Of a stretch of 64,000 bases of DNA, positions 18,672 to 29,799 are shown in pieces (within the stretch, counting starts at the first letter, position 1; the number at the start of each line of letters is the position of its first letter). Source of the stretch: Candidatus Latescibacterota bacterium (GTDB taxonomy: Bacteria; Latescibacterota; UBA2968; GCA-2709665). Location: assembly GCA_965203805.1 (NCBI GenBank), contig OZ241917.1:5376001-5440000 (forward strand). The letters are read 5' to 3'. The notes below the pieces were generated by a model. It did no database searches. It was not told the DNA's origin and saw only the letters and a list, made by a program, of their open reading frames with translations. Position numbers and translations under genes: made by a program.

Positions 18672-18897
18672 TTATCCAAATCCAAGCTGCTTCAGGTTCG
18701 CCTCAATCGCAGCATCCAGCTTCGCGGCTTCGGCCTGCTGTTCGCGCCACTGCTTCGCGAGACGGGCCATCTTCTCCTCAAAGGGTTCGCCATCGTCTTC
18801 CTGCGGTTCCGCGCCGACGTAGCGGCCGGGCGCGAGGACATGGCCGTGTTTGCGTATCTCTTCGAGCGATGCGCTTTTGCAGAAGCCGGGTATGTCG
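18672..18897 (-). pseudogene. duplicated hsdM C-terminal fragment without the GIY-YIG insert
   Basis: [50 protein letters not shown]... matches the hsdM tail. Confidence 0.9.
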
Positions 18898-19118
18898 CGG
18901 CAAACCGCGACGCCCTGGCCCTCACCCGGCGCGATAGGCTGGCGCGTAGCACGTTGCTGCCCCTCACTTCTGTTCCCCTGTCCCACAATCATACCCTCTC
19001 CCCTTGGGAGAGGGTGACGCGCAGCGCCGGGTGAGGGTGCTTCGCCCCCCCTCGGGTGACGCGCGGCGCCGGGTGAGGGCGTCTTTGATTCTACAGCTTT
19101 GCGCCCTCATTCTGGATC

Positions 19119-19643
19119 TCACCCGGAGGGAGAGGGGTTTACTGCGTCTGCGATTTCGTTCAGGGCTTCCAGGGTGTGCAGCAGCATGTGTTTGTTTCTA
19201 ATTCGGACAACGGTCAATCCCAGAGATTTCAGAAATGCGTCGCGGTTTCTGTCCGTCGTGCGGCGCTCATCGGAGTCGTGGACCGGTCCATCCAATTCCA
19301 CGACCAGCCGTTTCTCGCGGCAGTAAAAGTCAACGATGTAGTTGCCGATCTGATGTTGGCGCCGGAACTTGAGGCCGAGGAACCGTCGGTCCCTGAACAG
19401 TTCCCACGCGAAATCTTCCGCGGGAGTCGGCTTCTGCCGCATTTCCCGTGCCCGATCCAGCAGCCGGAAAAACTCCGGACCACCCCTGTAATGACCCTGC
19501 TCTTCAGGTAGTGCGTGTTGCGCAGCTTGTTGATGGCTGCCACCACCGGTCGCCTTGTCCACCGAACTACCCCCTCCCCTTACGACAGAATCGCGCGCAT
19601 CTTCTTGCAGCACATCGCATTGGTTCCCCTGTCCGACAATCAT
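19119..19643 (-). CDS. DUF559 endonuclease domain protein, copy 3
   Basis: same core as copies 1 and 2; REP-flanked. Confidence 0.85.
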   Translation of the reverse strand: MIVGQGNQCDVLQEDARDSVVRGGGSSVDKATGGGSHQQAAQHALPEEQGHYRGGPEFFRLLDRAREMRQKPTPAEDFAWELFRDRRFLGLKFRRQHQIGNYIVDFYCREKRLVVELDGPVHDSDERRTTDRNRDAFLKSLGLTVVRIRNKHMLLHTLEALNEIADAVNPSPSG

Positions 19644-19707
19644 ACCCTCTCCCCTTGGGAGAGGGTGGCGCGCAGCGCCGGGTGAGGGTGTGCCTCGTAG
19701 CTCTGGA

Positions 19708-19881
19708 CTAAGGCACCATCTCGCCGTCTTCCCTCAATCCCTCGATGTGGAACTCGATGGCCTCCCGAATCTCTTCGATCAATTCTGCCCTGGTATTCGC
19801 AGTGGCGACGCAGCCGGGCAGGTCAGGCACGTAGGCCGCGTAGTTGTTCGGGGTCGCCTCGATCACGACGGCATATTTCAT
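19708..19881 (-). CDS. hicB: HicB family antitoxin, copy 2 (57 aa; below the ORF-track cutoff)
   Basis: manual translation MKYAVVIEATPNNYAAYVPDLPGCVATANTRAELIEEIREAIEFHIEGLREDGEMVP*. Confidence 0.8.
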   Translation of the reverse strand: MKYAVVIEATPNNYAAYVPDLPGCVATANTRAELIEEIREAIEFHIEGLREDGEMVP

Positions 19882-19960
19882 GGGTTGATTTTCCTGTTCG
19901 GGCCGAACTGCGACAGGTTGCGGCCACGGGAGTCTTCGTTCGAGGCGATAGCGCCGCGTT

Positions 19961-21700
19961 TCACGCCTCGAATGGCCGATATTCCACCAATGCCGACCGT
20001 CCTACAATCTCCACGATCCGCACGGTTATCTCGACGCCATTGACATCGGTGAGCCGCAAGTCTTCGCCAAGCACGAAATGCACCGGCTGCTGTTGGCCCT
20101 GGTTGATGGCGATGTTCGAGGCGTAGAGATATGTCCGGTCAAGGTTGTCTCGAATCGGATTCAGCGATCCTTTCAGCCCAGGAATTCGGCCGCGGTCTTC
20201 GGAAAGAATGACGCCGCCGCCACCGGGAAGCGGATCGAGTTCGATGGTGAGCGTTCCTTCCGACGGTATCCAGTCGCGTTCGCAGTGTGCGGCAAAACCG
20301 TGAACAGCGGCGAATACGGTCATTGGCAGATCAACCGTATGCAGGCCAATCATGGCCTGGCCCAACGCGTCTGTTGTGGCCTGTTTCCACGTCTTGTTCG
20401 GGAACAGCACCAGTACCTCTGCCTTAGCAAGCGGCTGGTCGCCAACACACACATTAATCAGCACGCGGGCCGGACTCGGCTCGGTGGAGGCCGCCGGTAG
20501 GGTGACGCGAAGGTCAGCGCCCCCAACCAGATCAAACTGCGGCAGACGCCCGGCGAGTTCCCGGGTTTCTCTGCGAATGACGGGGACGCCGTCACCACGC
20601 CGTTCCATGATGAAAAGTCGCCCGCCCGCCCCCTGGATCCCACTGGTTGGCATCCGGCCGAAGACCGAGGCAAGGACCTCGTTACGGGTTGCCTGGCGAA
20701 ATTCCAACTCTTCAACGGTGAGACTATTGGCGAGTGCGCCGGGTGACTGGATTTCCACGCGGTCGGCAAACATGGACAGGCGAATCCGGCTGCCGTGCAT
20801 CGAATAATCGCGGTGCGCCACGGCATTGGCGATAGCCTCGAAAAGGGCTTCTGCGCTGTATTGTGGCAAATCCATGCGTGCCGGGTCCTTGTAGGCTCCA
20901 ACGCGCATATTGCGCACGGCAAAGGCGACCGCTTCGGCAATTTGCCGGTTGAGGGGGCCGGTAATTGTCTGAGTGTCGAGTTGGCCGGAGGCTCGATCCG
21001 TGCCTCGATAATGGGTGGCCGTAATGCAGGCGTTGGGCAGCCATTCTTCCGGTGTGTGGCAGCAAAAGAGGAGGCCGGCGACAGTCGCTCGCACGGTTTC
21101 GTGTTCATCGAGTCCGACGAGACCCATTTTTTCCAATGCGGTCTCGGGATCGGCCCTGCCTTCCGCGCTCAACAACGGTCTCCACAGGGCTTCGTCCAGC
21201 GTTCCCAAACCGGTGTTGGGCACCGGCTGCTTATCGAACCAAAGAAACCGCGCTTGTCCCCTGCGTTGCGCCAAGCGCAGCCGCTCATCGCTTGTCATGC
21301 GGCGTTTAGATCCGCCTACCCGAACATAGCTGCCGCCTGGACTATCATGCTGCGATTCGCTTTGAGGAACTTCGACCAGAAGAAAACTCTTTCCCACCAG
21401 TTCTCTGTGATAGGTGGTGATGCGAACGGCAGGTCCGATCGCGTCAGTGCTGACCTCGACCAGAAAAGAGTCCAACTCGACGATCTGTTTGCGTGACATG
21501 CCCTGAATTTCGCCTGTGTCGGTCACGCCACACAGGAGTGCGCCGCCGGCAGTGTTGGCAAATGCGGCGATCTCGTCGGCCCAATCATCGCGGCTGGGAC
21601 TCCTCGGTCGATCGCCCGAAAACTCGATCTGCTTAAATTCCCACTGGCTGTCCTCGCCCAGACGAAGTTGACGTTTGATATCATCGTCAGTGTAGGTCAT
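19961..21700 (-). CDS. AlbA_2 (Schlafen-like) DNA-binding domain plus HATPase_c_4 protein
   Basis: [50 protein letters not shown]; unusual beta-rich C-terminus. Confidence 0.8.
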   Translation of the reverse strand: MTYTDDDIKRQLRLGEDSQWEFKQIEFSGDRPRSPSRDDWADEIAAFANTAGGALLCGVTDTGEIQGMSRKQIVELDSFLVEVSTDAIGPAVRITTYHRELVGKSFLLVEVPQSESQHDSPGGSYVRVGGSKRRMTSDERLRLAQRRGQARFLWFDKQPVPNTGLGTLDEALWRPLLSAEGRADPETALEKMGLVGLDEHETVRATVAGLLFCCHTPEEWLPNACITATHYRGTDRASGQLDTQTITGPLNRQIAEAVAFAVRNMRVGAYKDPARMDLPQYSAEALFEAIANAVAHRDYSMHGSRIRLSMFADRVEIQSPGALANSLTVEELEFRQATRNEVLASVFGRMPTSGIQGAGGRLFIMERRGDGVPVIRRETRELAGRLPQFDLVGGADLRVTLPAASTEPSPARVLINVCVGDQPLAKAEVLVLFPNKTWKQATTDALGQAMIGLHTVDLPMTVFAAVHGFAAHCERDWIPSEGTLTIELDPLPGGGGVILSEDRGRIPGLKGSLNPIRDNLDRTYLYASNIAINQGQQQPVHFVLGEDLRLTDVNGVEITVRIVEIVGRSALVEYRPFEA

Positions 21701-23568
21701 CGATCGTCTCCAAAGCCAAGCTTTCTCAGATTCTTCTCAATAGCCGCATCCAGCTTAGCGGCTTCGGCCTGCTGTTCGCGCCACTGCTTCGCGAGACGGG
21801 CCATCTTTTCCTCAAAGGGTTCGCCGCCTGCCTGCCGAGCCCGTCCTTCAGCAATAATCCTCTTCAGCCAACGCCGTCCTGCCGAGGTTTTTAGCTCCCG
21901 CTCACGCGCCACGGCTTCCGCACGGCTCTTGAATTCTTCATAGTGAGGGATGTATCGGGGTCGGTTTTTCTTGGTCCAGTCTGCGGCCCTTCCGGCTACA
22001 TGCTCTTTCCATCGCCGGGGTATGTTGTCTGTATGACCAACGTAAAGGCTTCCACCCTCGCAGGAAATAACGTATACGAAAAACAATCCGGGACTCGGCG
22101 CAGGCAGGTCGTCCGGCTGCGGTTCCGCGCCGACGTACCGGCCGGGCGTGAGGACGTGACCGTGTTTACGTATCTCTTCGAGCGATGCGCTTTTGCAAAA
22201 GCCCGGAACATCGTCGTATCCCTCTCCGTTGCGCCATGCGTGGTAGGTGTCCGCGACCTTGGCGATGTCTTCCGGCGAGAGGTCCCTGTGCGTCCGGTCG
22301 ACCAGATGGCCCAGCTTTCGGGCGTCGATGAAGAGGGTTTCGCCATTGCGAACCCTCGCCCCTCTCCCGGGTGAGGGTGCCCGCGACAGAAACCACAGAC
22401 ACGCGGGGATCTGCGTCGACCGGAAGAGCTGGCCGGGCAGGGCGACGATGCAGTCCACGAGGTTGGCCTCGATGATATTCTTTCGGATCTCCCCCTCGTT
22501 CGACTGGTTGGACGACATGGAGCCGTTGGCCAACACGAAGCCTGCGGTGCCGCGCGGCGCGAGGTGATAGAGGAAATGCTGCACCCAGGCGAAGTTGGCA
22601 TTGCCGACAGGCGGGACGCCAAATTCCCACCGCCTGTCCTCGCGCAGCCTGTCGCCGCCCCAGTCCGACACGTTGAAGGGCGGATTGGCGAGGATGTAGT
22701 CGGCCTTTATGTCCGGATGCCGGTCGTTGTGGAAGCTGTCCCCGTGCTCGATTCGGCCGTCGATGCCCCGAATCGCCAGGTTCATCCTTGCCATTCGCCA
22801 CGTGGTGTAGTTGGACTCCTGTCCGTAGATAGAGATATCGCCCCTTCCTCCGCCTGCTGCGTTGCCGTTTCCGGAGGTATGGGCGTCAATGAACGCCATT
22901 GACTGCACGAACATCCCGGAGGAGCCGCAACACGGGTCGTAGACCCGCCCCTTGTAGGGCTCCAGCATCTCAACAAGCAGACGCACCACGGAACGCGGGG
23001 TATAGAATTCACCGCCTTTCCGGCCCTCAGCCAGTGCGAATTGCTCCAGGAAGTACTCGTACACACTGCCGAGCACGTCCGTCGCCCGGGCTTCTGCCCC
23101 GCCCACGTCAATGTTGGTAACCAGGTCCACCACCTGCCCCAGGCGAGTCTTGTCAAGGTTGGGGCGAGCGTAGTCCTTTGGCAAAACGTCCTTGAGCGCG
23201 GGATTGTCCCGCTCAATGGCGGCCATTGCATCGTCAACCGCACGTCCAATGGTGGGCTGGCGCGCCTGAGACTGCAGATTCTTCCAACGCGCTTCCGGCG
23301 GCACCCAGAAGATGCTCTGGGCGCGGTACTCGTCAGGATCTTCCGGATCCGCGCCTTCAGCGATTTCTTCCACGAGCCTGGCATGGGCTTCCTCGAACGC
23401 GTCCGAGATGTACTTGAGGAAGATGAGGCCCAGAACGACGTGTTTGTACTCCGCAGCGTCCATGCTGCCACGCAACGCGTCGGCCATTGCCCAGAGCCTG
23501 GATCTGAAATCCGTACTGGCACCGGTATCGGCATCCGTCCTGGTCTTTTTTCGTCGACCCTTCGCCAT
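21697..23568 (-). CDS. hsdM: Type I RM methyltransferase with an in-frame GIY-YIG domain insertion
   Basis: [37 protein letters not shown]; insert [25 protein letters not shown]. Confidence 0.95.
   Translation of the reverse strand: MAKGRRKKTRTDADTGASTDFRSRLWAMADALRGSMDAAEYKHVVLGLIFLKYISDAFEEAHARLVEEIAEGADPEDPDEYRAQSIFWVPPEARWKNLQSQARQPTIGRAVDDAMAAIERDNPALKDVLPKDYARPNLDKTRLGQVVDLVTNIDVGGAEARATDVLGSVYEYFLEQFALAEGRKGGEFYTPRSVVRLLVEMLEPYKGRVYDPCCGSSGMFVQSMAFIDAHTSGNGNAAGGGRGDISIYGQESNYTTWRMARMNLAIRGIDGRIEHGDSFHNDRHPDIKADYILANPPFNVSDWGGDRLREDRRWEFGVPPVGNANFAWVQHFLYHLAPRGTAGFVLANGSMSSNQSNEGEIRKNIIEANLVDCIVALPGQLFRSTQIPACLWFLSRAPSPGRGARVRNGETLFIDARKLGHLVDRTHRDLSPEDIAKVADTYHAWRNGEGYDDVPGFCKSASLEEIRKHGHVLTPGRYVGAEPQPDDLPAPSPGLFFVYVISCEGGSLYVGHTDNIPRRWKEHVAGRAADWTKKNRPRYIPHYEEFKSRAEAVARERELKTSAGRRWLKRIIAEGRARQAGGEPFEEKMARLAKQWREQQAEAAKLDAAIEKNLRKLGFGDDR
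21827..22108 (-). mobile_element. 282-bp inverted-repeat-bounded GIY-YIG mini-element inserted in frame in hsdM
   Basis: ends cctgcctgccgag (21827-21839) and ctcggcgcaggcagg (22094-22108); precise removal restores EPQPDDGEPF, as in the empty copy near 18781-18810. Confidence 0.8.
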
Positions 23569-23609
23569 CGTGTAAAGCTCCCGGGTTTACGACTACTTAG
23601 CAAAACTAA

Positions 23610-23649
23610 TGTACACATTTAAAGTACACCACGCGGGAAATTCAGTCAA
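23610..23649 (-). promoter_or_regulatory. hsdM promoter with overlapping palindromic operator candidate
   Basis: minus-strand TTGACT-17-TACTTT (23649-23621); TGTAC-N9-GTACA at 23610-23628; duplicated at 5394-5433. Confidence 0.6.
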
Positions 23650-23854
23650 CGTAAAACAGGTTAATTGAAACCGGGACCGTATACGAACAACTGTCGCGAT
23701 TCGCAACACTATGCAGCGAGTACGCGTTAACCTGCCGAGTTCCCCCACCGGTTCACCTGTCCCCACATTCATACCCTCTCCCCTTGGGAGAGGGTGACGC
23801 GCAGCGTCGGGTGAGGGCGCCTTTGGTGACGCGCAGCGCCGGGTGAGGGCAAAA

Positions 23855-23892
23855 CCAAAACAGGCCTGCGCGATGGGGCGCAAGCCTGTTTG
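23855..23892 (-). terminator. hairpin/terminator downstream of tRNA-Ala
   Basis: aaacaggc(c)tgcgc...gcgcaagcctgttt inverted repeat followed by a T-rich tract on the minus strand. Confidence 0.6.
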
Positions 23893-23900
23893 TGATTTTC

Positions 23901-23976
23901 TGGTGGAGCTGATCGGGATCGAACCGACGACCTCATGACTGCCAGTCATGCGCTCTCCCAGCTGAGCTACAGCCCC
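23901..23976 (-). tRNA. tRNA-Ala(GGC)
   Basis: GGGGCTGTAGCTCAGCTGGGAGAGCG CATGA-CTGGCAG-TCATG AGGTCGTCGGTTCGATCCCGATCAGCTCCACCA; G3:U70 pair, encoded CCA. Confidence 0.97.
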
Positions 23977-23997
23977 ACCGCTGGGCAATGTGGTGCA

Positions 23998-24026
23998 AGT
24001 GTAACAAAGCGACCGTTTCCTGTCAA
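23998..24026 (-). promoter_or_regulatory. sigma70 promoter of tRNA-Ala
   Basis: TTGACA-17 bp-TACACT. Confidence 0.7.
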
Positions 24027-24104
24027 GCGAAAAGGCCGATTCCGGGCGCTCCGGCCAGGGGATTACAATCTGTCGAGCGGTCTGCGACGGGCTTTCACAG
24101 GTTG

Positions 24105-26111
<2,007 letters not shown>

Positions 26112-26139
26112 TCAAGCTGGTTTGTTTAACCTCAATTCG

Positions 26140-26164
26140 AAAAAAAAACAGCAACGGGTCGCTG
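26140..26164 (-). terminator. intrinsic terminator about 40 nt upstream of ligA
   Basis: CAGCGAC-CC-GTTGCTG followed by T9 on the minus strand. Confidence 0.6.
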
Positions 26165-26435
26165 CGACGAAACCTTCCGAAACGGGCCGAAGTGGTCGTC
26201 CGGAAGGACATTTTTTCCCTTCACGTCCAGTGACCCGACGGTTCATAGAAATCAGAAGTTAAATCGCCTTTATCTACTTGCACGTATTCGAATTAACGTC
26301 CCGGAATAATGAAGAATCAAGGTTAAACCTGGTTTTGTCGTGGGACCAAGATAATCAATGACTTGAGGAAGACGCAAGTCTCTCGCCCGCGTCTAACCCC
26401 CGCCGGCCCGCCTGCGGAAGGCGGATTGCTGCACG

Positions 26436-27311
26436 TCACAACGCGCCGGCGAGGATGGCCAGCAGACCGAGCACCATCCCCGCCTTGAGAAACCGGTTGA
26501 TCAACCGGAGGCGGGAGGTGTCCGGGACGCGCAGGATGGAGACCATGACACCAATCAGCAGGACGTCGAGCAGGGCGACGAGGCCCAGATAAGGTGGCCC
26601 GTAAAGGCCGAGGAAGTACGGGACAGGGGTGAGCAGAACCACGAGCGCGAATGCGCCGGCGGCAAGGCGGCAGGACCTGGCGGATCCCCAGTGCATGGGC
26701 AGCGTGCCGCCCGGCGCCCTGCGGTCTCCCGGGATGTCCTGAGCGTCTTTGAGGATTTCCCGGCCCAGGTGGTAGATCGCGGCAAACAGGGCGGGAACAG
26801 CGGCGGGCAGGGGTGCGCGGACGGCGAACCCGCCGTAGAAGAAGGCCAGACCGCACAGGAGGCTTACCGCGACGTTACCCGCCAGCGGGACGTGCTTCAG
26901 CCGGCGATTATAGACGACGAGGCATCCGCACGCGCAGGCCGCGGTGGCGATGGCTTCAGGCGGCAGGAAAATGCTCAGGCCGAGGCCGAAAGAGAAGAGG
27001 CCAATGCACTCAATGCCGGCGGCGCGGGGGGGCAGACGGCCGGAAGGAAGGGGCCTGTGAGGGTGGTTGACGCGATCGGTTTCGAGGTCCCACAGGTCGT
27101 TGAGCGCGTTGCCGCCGGCCATGACGGCCGCCGCGGAAAGTGCGGCAATCCAGAGCGGCGCCGGCAGCGCGTGTACGCCCAGCCATCCGCCCATCAGCAC
27201 CGAGGCAAAGGTGATCACACAATTCTGGGGGCGCGTGATCTGCAGGCCCGCGCGGAAGGCGGCGGCTTCGGAACGGTCAGACCGGAGCGGCGCCGGATTC
27301 CTTGAAGACAT
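26436..27311 (-). CDS. UbiA-family prenyltransferase, DGGGP synthase-like
   Basis: ITRPQNC, NDLWDLETDRVNHPHRPLPSG, REILKDAQDIPGD; multiple TM helices. Confidence 0.8.
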   Translation of the reverse strand: MSSRNPAPLRSDRSEAAAFRAGLQITRPQNCVITFASVLMGGWLGVHALPAPLWIAALSAAAVMAGGNALNDLWDLETDRVNHPHRPLPSGRLPPRAAGIECIGLFSFGLGLSIFLPPEAIATAACACGCLVVYNRRLKHVPLAGNVAVSLLCGLAFFYGGFAVRAPLPAAVPALFAAIYHLGREILKDAQDIPGDRRAPGGTLPMHWGSARSCRLAAGAFALVVLLTPVPYFLGLYGPPYLGLVALLDVLLIGVMVSILRVPDTSRLRLINRFLKAGMVLGLLAILAGAL

Positions 27312-28980
27312 CGGCGGCGTCCCGAATGGAATACCGGTAACCCTGTTCGGTAAGAAACATCTGGCGCTTGCGCGCGAACTCCAGTTCCCGGGTATCCCGG
27401 GTAACCAGGGTGTAGAAATGAGCGAGGCTGCCATTGGCCTTCGGCCGCAGGATGCGCCCCAGCCGCTGGGCCTCTTCCTGCCGGGAACCGAATGTCCCCG
27501 AAATCTGGATCGCCACGTTGGCGTCCGGCAGGTCGACGGCGAAATTGGCCACCTTGGAAACGACCATCAGCCGCAATTCGCCTTTCCGGAAGCGTTCGTA
27601 GAGCAGGTCGCGATCCTCGCTGGGCGTCTTGCCCGTGATGACGGGGGCTTCCAATTCTCTTGCGAAGGCCTCGACCTGGTCGACGTACTTGCCGATCACG
27701 AGGATCTGGTCGTTGTCGTGTTTCCGGATGAGCTCTTTGGCCAGCGGGATTTTGGACGGATTCTCGGATGCGATCCGGAATTTCCCGCGGCCCCCGGCAA
27801 CGGCGTAGTCCAGGCGCAGGTTCTGGGGCAGGGGAAGCCGGATTTCGCGGCACTCCGCGGTGGCGATCCAGCCCCTGGACTCCAGGTCGCGCCAGGGCAC
27901 GTCGAAGCGTTTCGGGCCGATCAGACTGAAGACGTCCGCTTCCATGCCGTCTTCCCGGACAAGCGTGGCGGTGAGGCCCAGCCTGCGTCTCGCCTGCAAT
28001 TCGGCGGTAAAGCGGAAGACCGGTGCGGGGAGCAGATGGACTTCGTCGTAGATGATGATGCCCCAGTTTCCCTGGTTGAAGATGGCGAAATGGGGAAACG
28101 CATCGCCCCTCTTCTTTCTGTAGGTGAGGATATTGTACGTCGCGATGGTGATGGGCCGGATCTCTTTGACCTCCCCGGAGTATTCGCCAATCTGGTCCGG
28201 CTTCAGGTCCGTCTTGTCCAGGAGTTCCGCTTTCCATTGGCGCGAGGCGGTAATATTGGTGGTGAGGATGAGCGCCTGCGTCTGCAGGCGTTCGAGCGCG
28301 GCGATGCCGACGATGGTCTTGCCGGCGCCGCAGGGAAGAACCACCACGCCGCTGCCGCCCTCCGGCCCGCCGCCGGCGTGGAAGATTTCCAGGGCCTCCC
28401 GCTGGTAGTCGCGCAGGTGAAACGGCGCGCCGGCCAGGGTGGTCGCGCGCCGCTGCAGCGTCAGGCGCCGGCCGGGCACGTACCCGGCGAGGTCCTTGAC
28501 CGGAAAGCCGATGCGGGTGAGCGCCTGTTTCAGGTGGCCCCGGTACAGCAGGTCGATTTTGAGGCGCCGCTCGTCGATCCTTCGGTTCAGATACGGCCGT
28601 ACCGACTTGTGCTGGCAGATTTCGGTGATGAGCAGGGGATCGTCGGCGGAGAGGACGAGGTCCTTCCCGGACCGTTCCAGCCGGATCCGGCCGTACCGCC
28701 CCAGGGTCTCCCGGATTTCAACGGAGACGTTCTGAGGGATTTCGTATTTGCTGAAGGATTCCAGCGCGCCTGTAATCTCGTCGGCCGTGAGCCCCGCGGC
28801 GGCGGCGTTCCAGAGCGAGAGCGGGCTGATGCGGTAGCTGTGGATATACTCGGGGCTCTTTTCCAGTTCGGCGAAACGGGCCAGAACGTCCCGTGCGGCT
28901 TCGTACCGCGGTCCGCCGACCTCCGCGAGAACGGTCATGTCGCTCTGCACGATGAGTGGATTTTGGGCGTTGTATGACAT
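27277..28980 (-). CDS. XPB/Ssl2-like DNA repair helicase
   Basis: NPLIVQSD..LEKSPEYIHSYRISPLSLWNA N-domain, LPCGAGKT, YDEVH, GLTAT, FGSRQEEAQRLGRILRPK. Confidence 0.92.
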   Translation of the reverse strand: MSYNAQNPLIVQSDMTVLAEVGGPRYEAARDVLARFAELEKSPEYIHSYRISPLSLWNAAAAGLTADEITGALESFSKYEIPQNVSVEIRETLGRYGRIRLERSGKDLVLSADDPLLITEICQHKSVRPYLNRRIDERRLKIDLLYRGHLKQALTRIGFPVKDLAGYVPGRRLTLQRRATTLAGAPFHLRDYQREALEIFHAGGGPEGGSGVVVLPCGAGKTIVGIAALERLQTQALILTTNITASRQWKAELLDKTDLKPDQIGEYSGEVKEIRPITIATYNILTYRKKRGDAFPHFAIFNQGNWGIIIYDEVHLLPAPVFRFTAELQARRRLGLTATLVREDGMEADVFSLIGPKRFDVPWRDLESRGWIATAECREIRLPLPQNLRLDYAVAGGRGKFRIASENPSKIPLAKELIRKHDNDQILVIGKYVDQVEAFARELEAPVITGKTPSEDRDLLYERFRKGELRLMVVSKVANFAVDLPDANVAIQISGTFGSRQEEAQRLGRILRPKANGSLAHFYTLVTRDTRELEFARKRQMFLTEQGYRYSIRDAADVFKESGAAPV

Positions 28981-29100
28981 AAAAGGGTGGAGACAGGCGG
29001 GCGGTCGCCGGGAAATAGCAGGGAAGGCGGAGACCCCTTGCGGCGCGCCGTTGCCTGCCGCAAGGAATTCCGGGAATAGTGCCGTTGCAAAGGCGGTATA

Positions 29101-29129
29101 AGAATACACATGGCGGAACCGATTGTCAA
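29101..29129 (-). promoter_or_regulatory. sigma70 promoter for the XPB helicase gene
   Basis: TTGACA-17-TATTCT on the minus strand. Confidence 0.65.
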
Positions 29130-29175
29130 TCGGTTTCGTCCAACCCGGCCCCCAAGCGATTTCGAAGAGAATTAT

Positions 29176-29204
29176 TTGACTTTAACGCCTCGTTTACGTA
29201 ATTT
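29176..29204 (+). promoter_or_regulatory. divergent sigma70 promoter
   Basis: TTGACT-17-TAATTT. Confidence 0.55.
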
Positions 29205-29355
29205 TACATGTCTGTTAATTTATAGTGGGCCAGTCGTTTCCGGCGTCAACGTTCCACTTTGCCTCAGGGTATTTTCACGTCGTGCGGCGCGGATACGCGG
29301 TACCTGGCGGCCCATGTCGGGAGGAGCTGCAAGTCACGTGGAGGGGAGGGTCAGG

Positions 29356-29547
29356 ATGGAAAATCAACTGCCGCGGTGTCTGAAGTGCGAAAAGGGCCTA
29401 TTGCTGCCGCTGTCCGATTACGGGCGCGACGGCGCGCCCATTCACTATAAGGCCTGGGTTTGCAGCAGCCCGGACTGCGGGTTCAACCTGCGTATCGATA
29501 ACGGAGAGATCAGCATGGGAAGAAACATCGCCGAGTCGTACAAATAG
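29356..29547 (+). CDS. small zinc-ribbon protein
   Basis: GGAGG RBS; CxxC...CxxxxC (CLKC, CSSPDC), 63 aa. Confidence 0.75.
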   Translation: MENQLPRCLKCEKGLLLPLSDYGRDGAPIHYKAWVCSSPDCGFNLRIDNGEISMGRNIAESYK

Positions 29548-29799
29548 CCCGGAAGACGGGGCGCCTCCCACTTGAGGGTCTCGCGTCACGCGTCCGGCGC
29601 CGATAGATCCGATACCCACGACGGCGGACGGATTCTTCGCGGCCCCGGGGTCTCATTGCCGCCGGACGCCGTCTCGACTTTTGAAAGTTTCTTTCAATCG
29701 CCTTTCTTTTTTTCCCACCTCGCGCGGGACCATCCCCTGATCAGCGGGGGTGGCGTTTTATTTCCGCCTTCCGCCTCCCTCAGATTCCATAACGTCCAG

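Noticed and set aside
21827-22108. Intein or group I intron in hsdM
   Set aside because: No N-terminal Cys/Ser or His-Asn splice motifs, too short for a Hint domain plus nuclease, and the whole insert is coding with no room for a ribozyme core.
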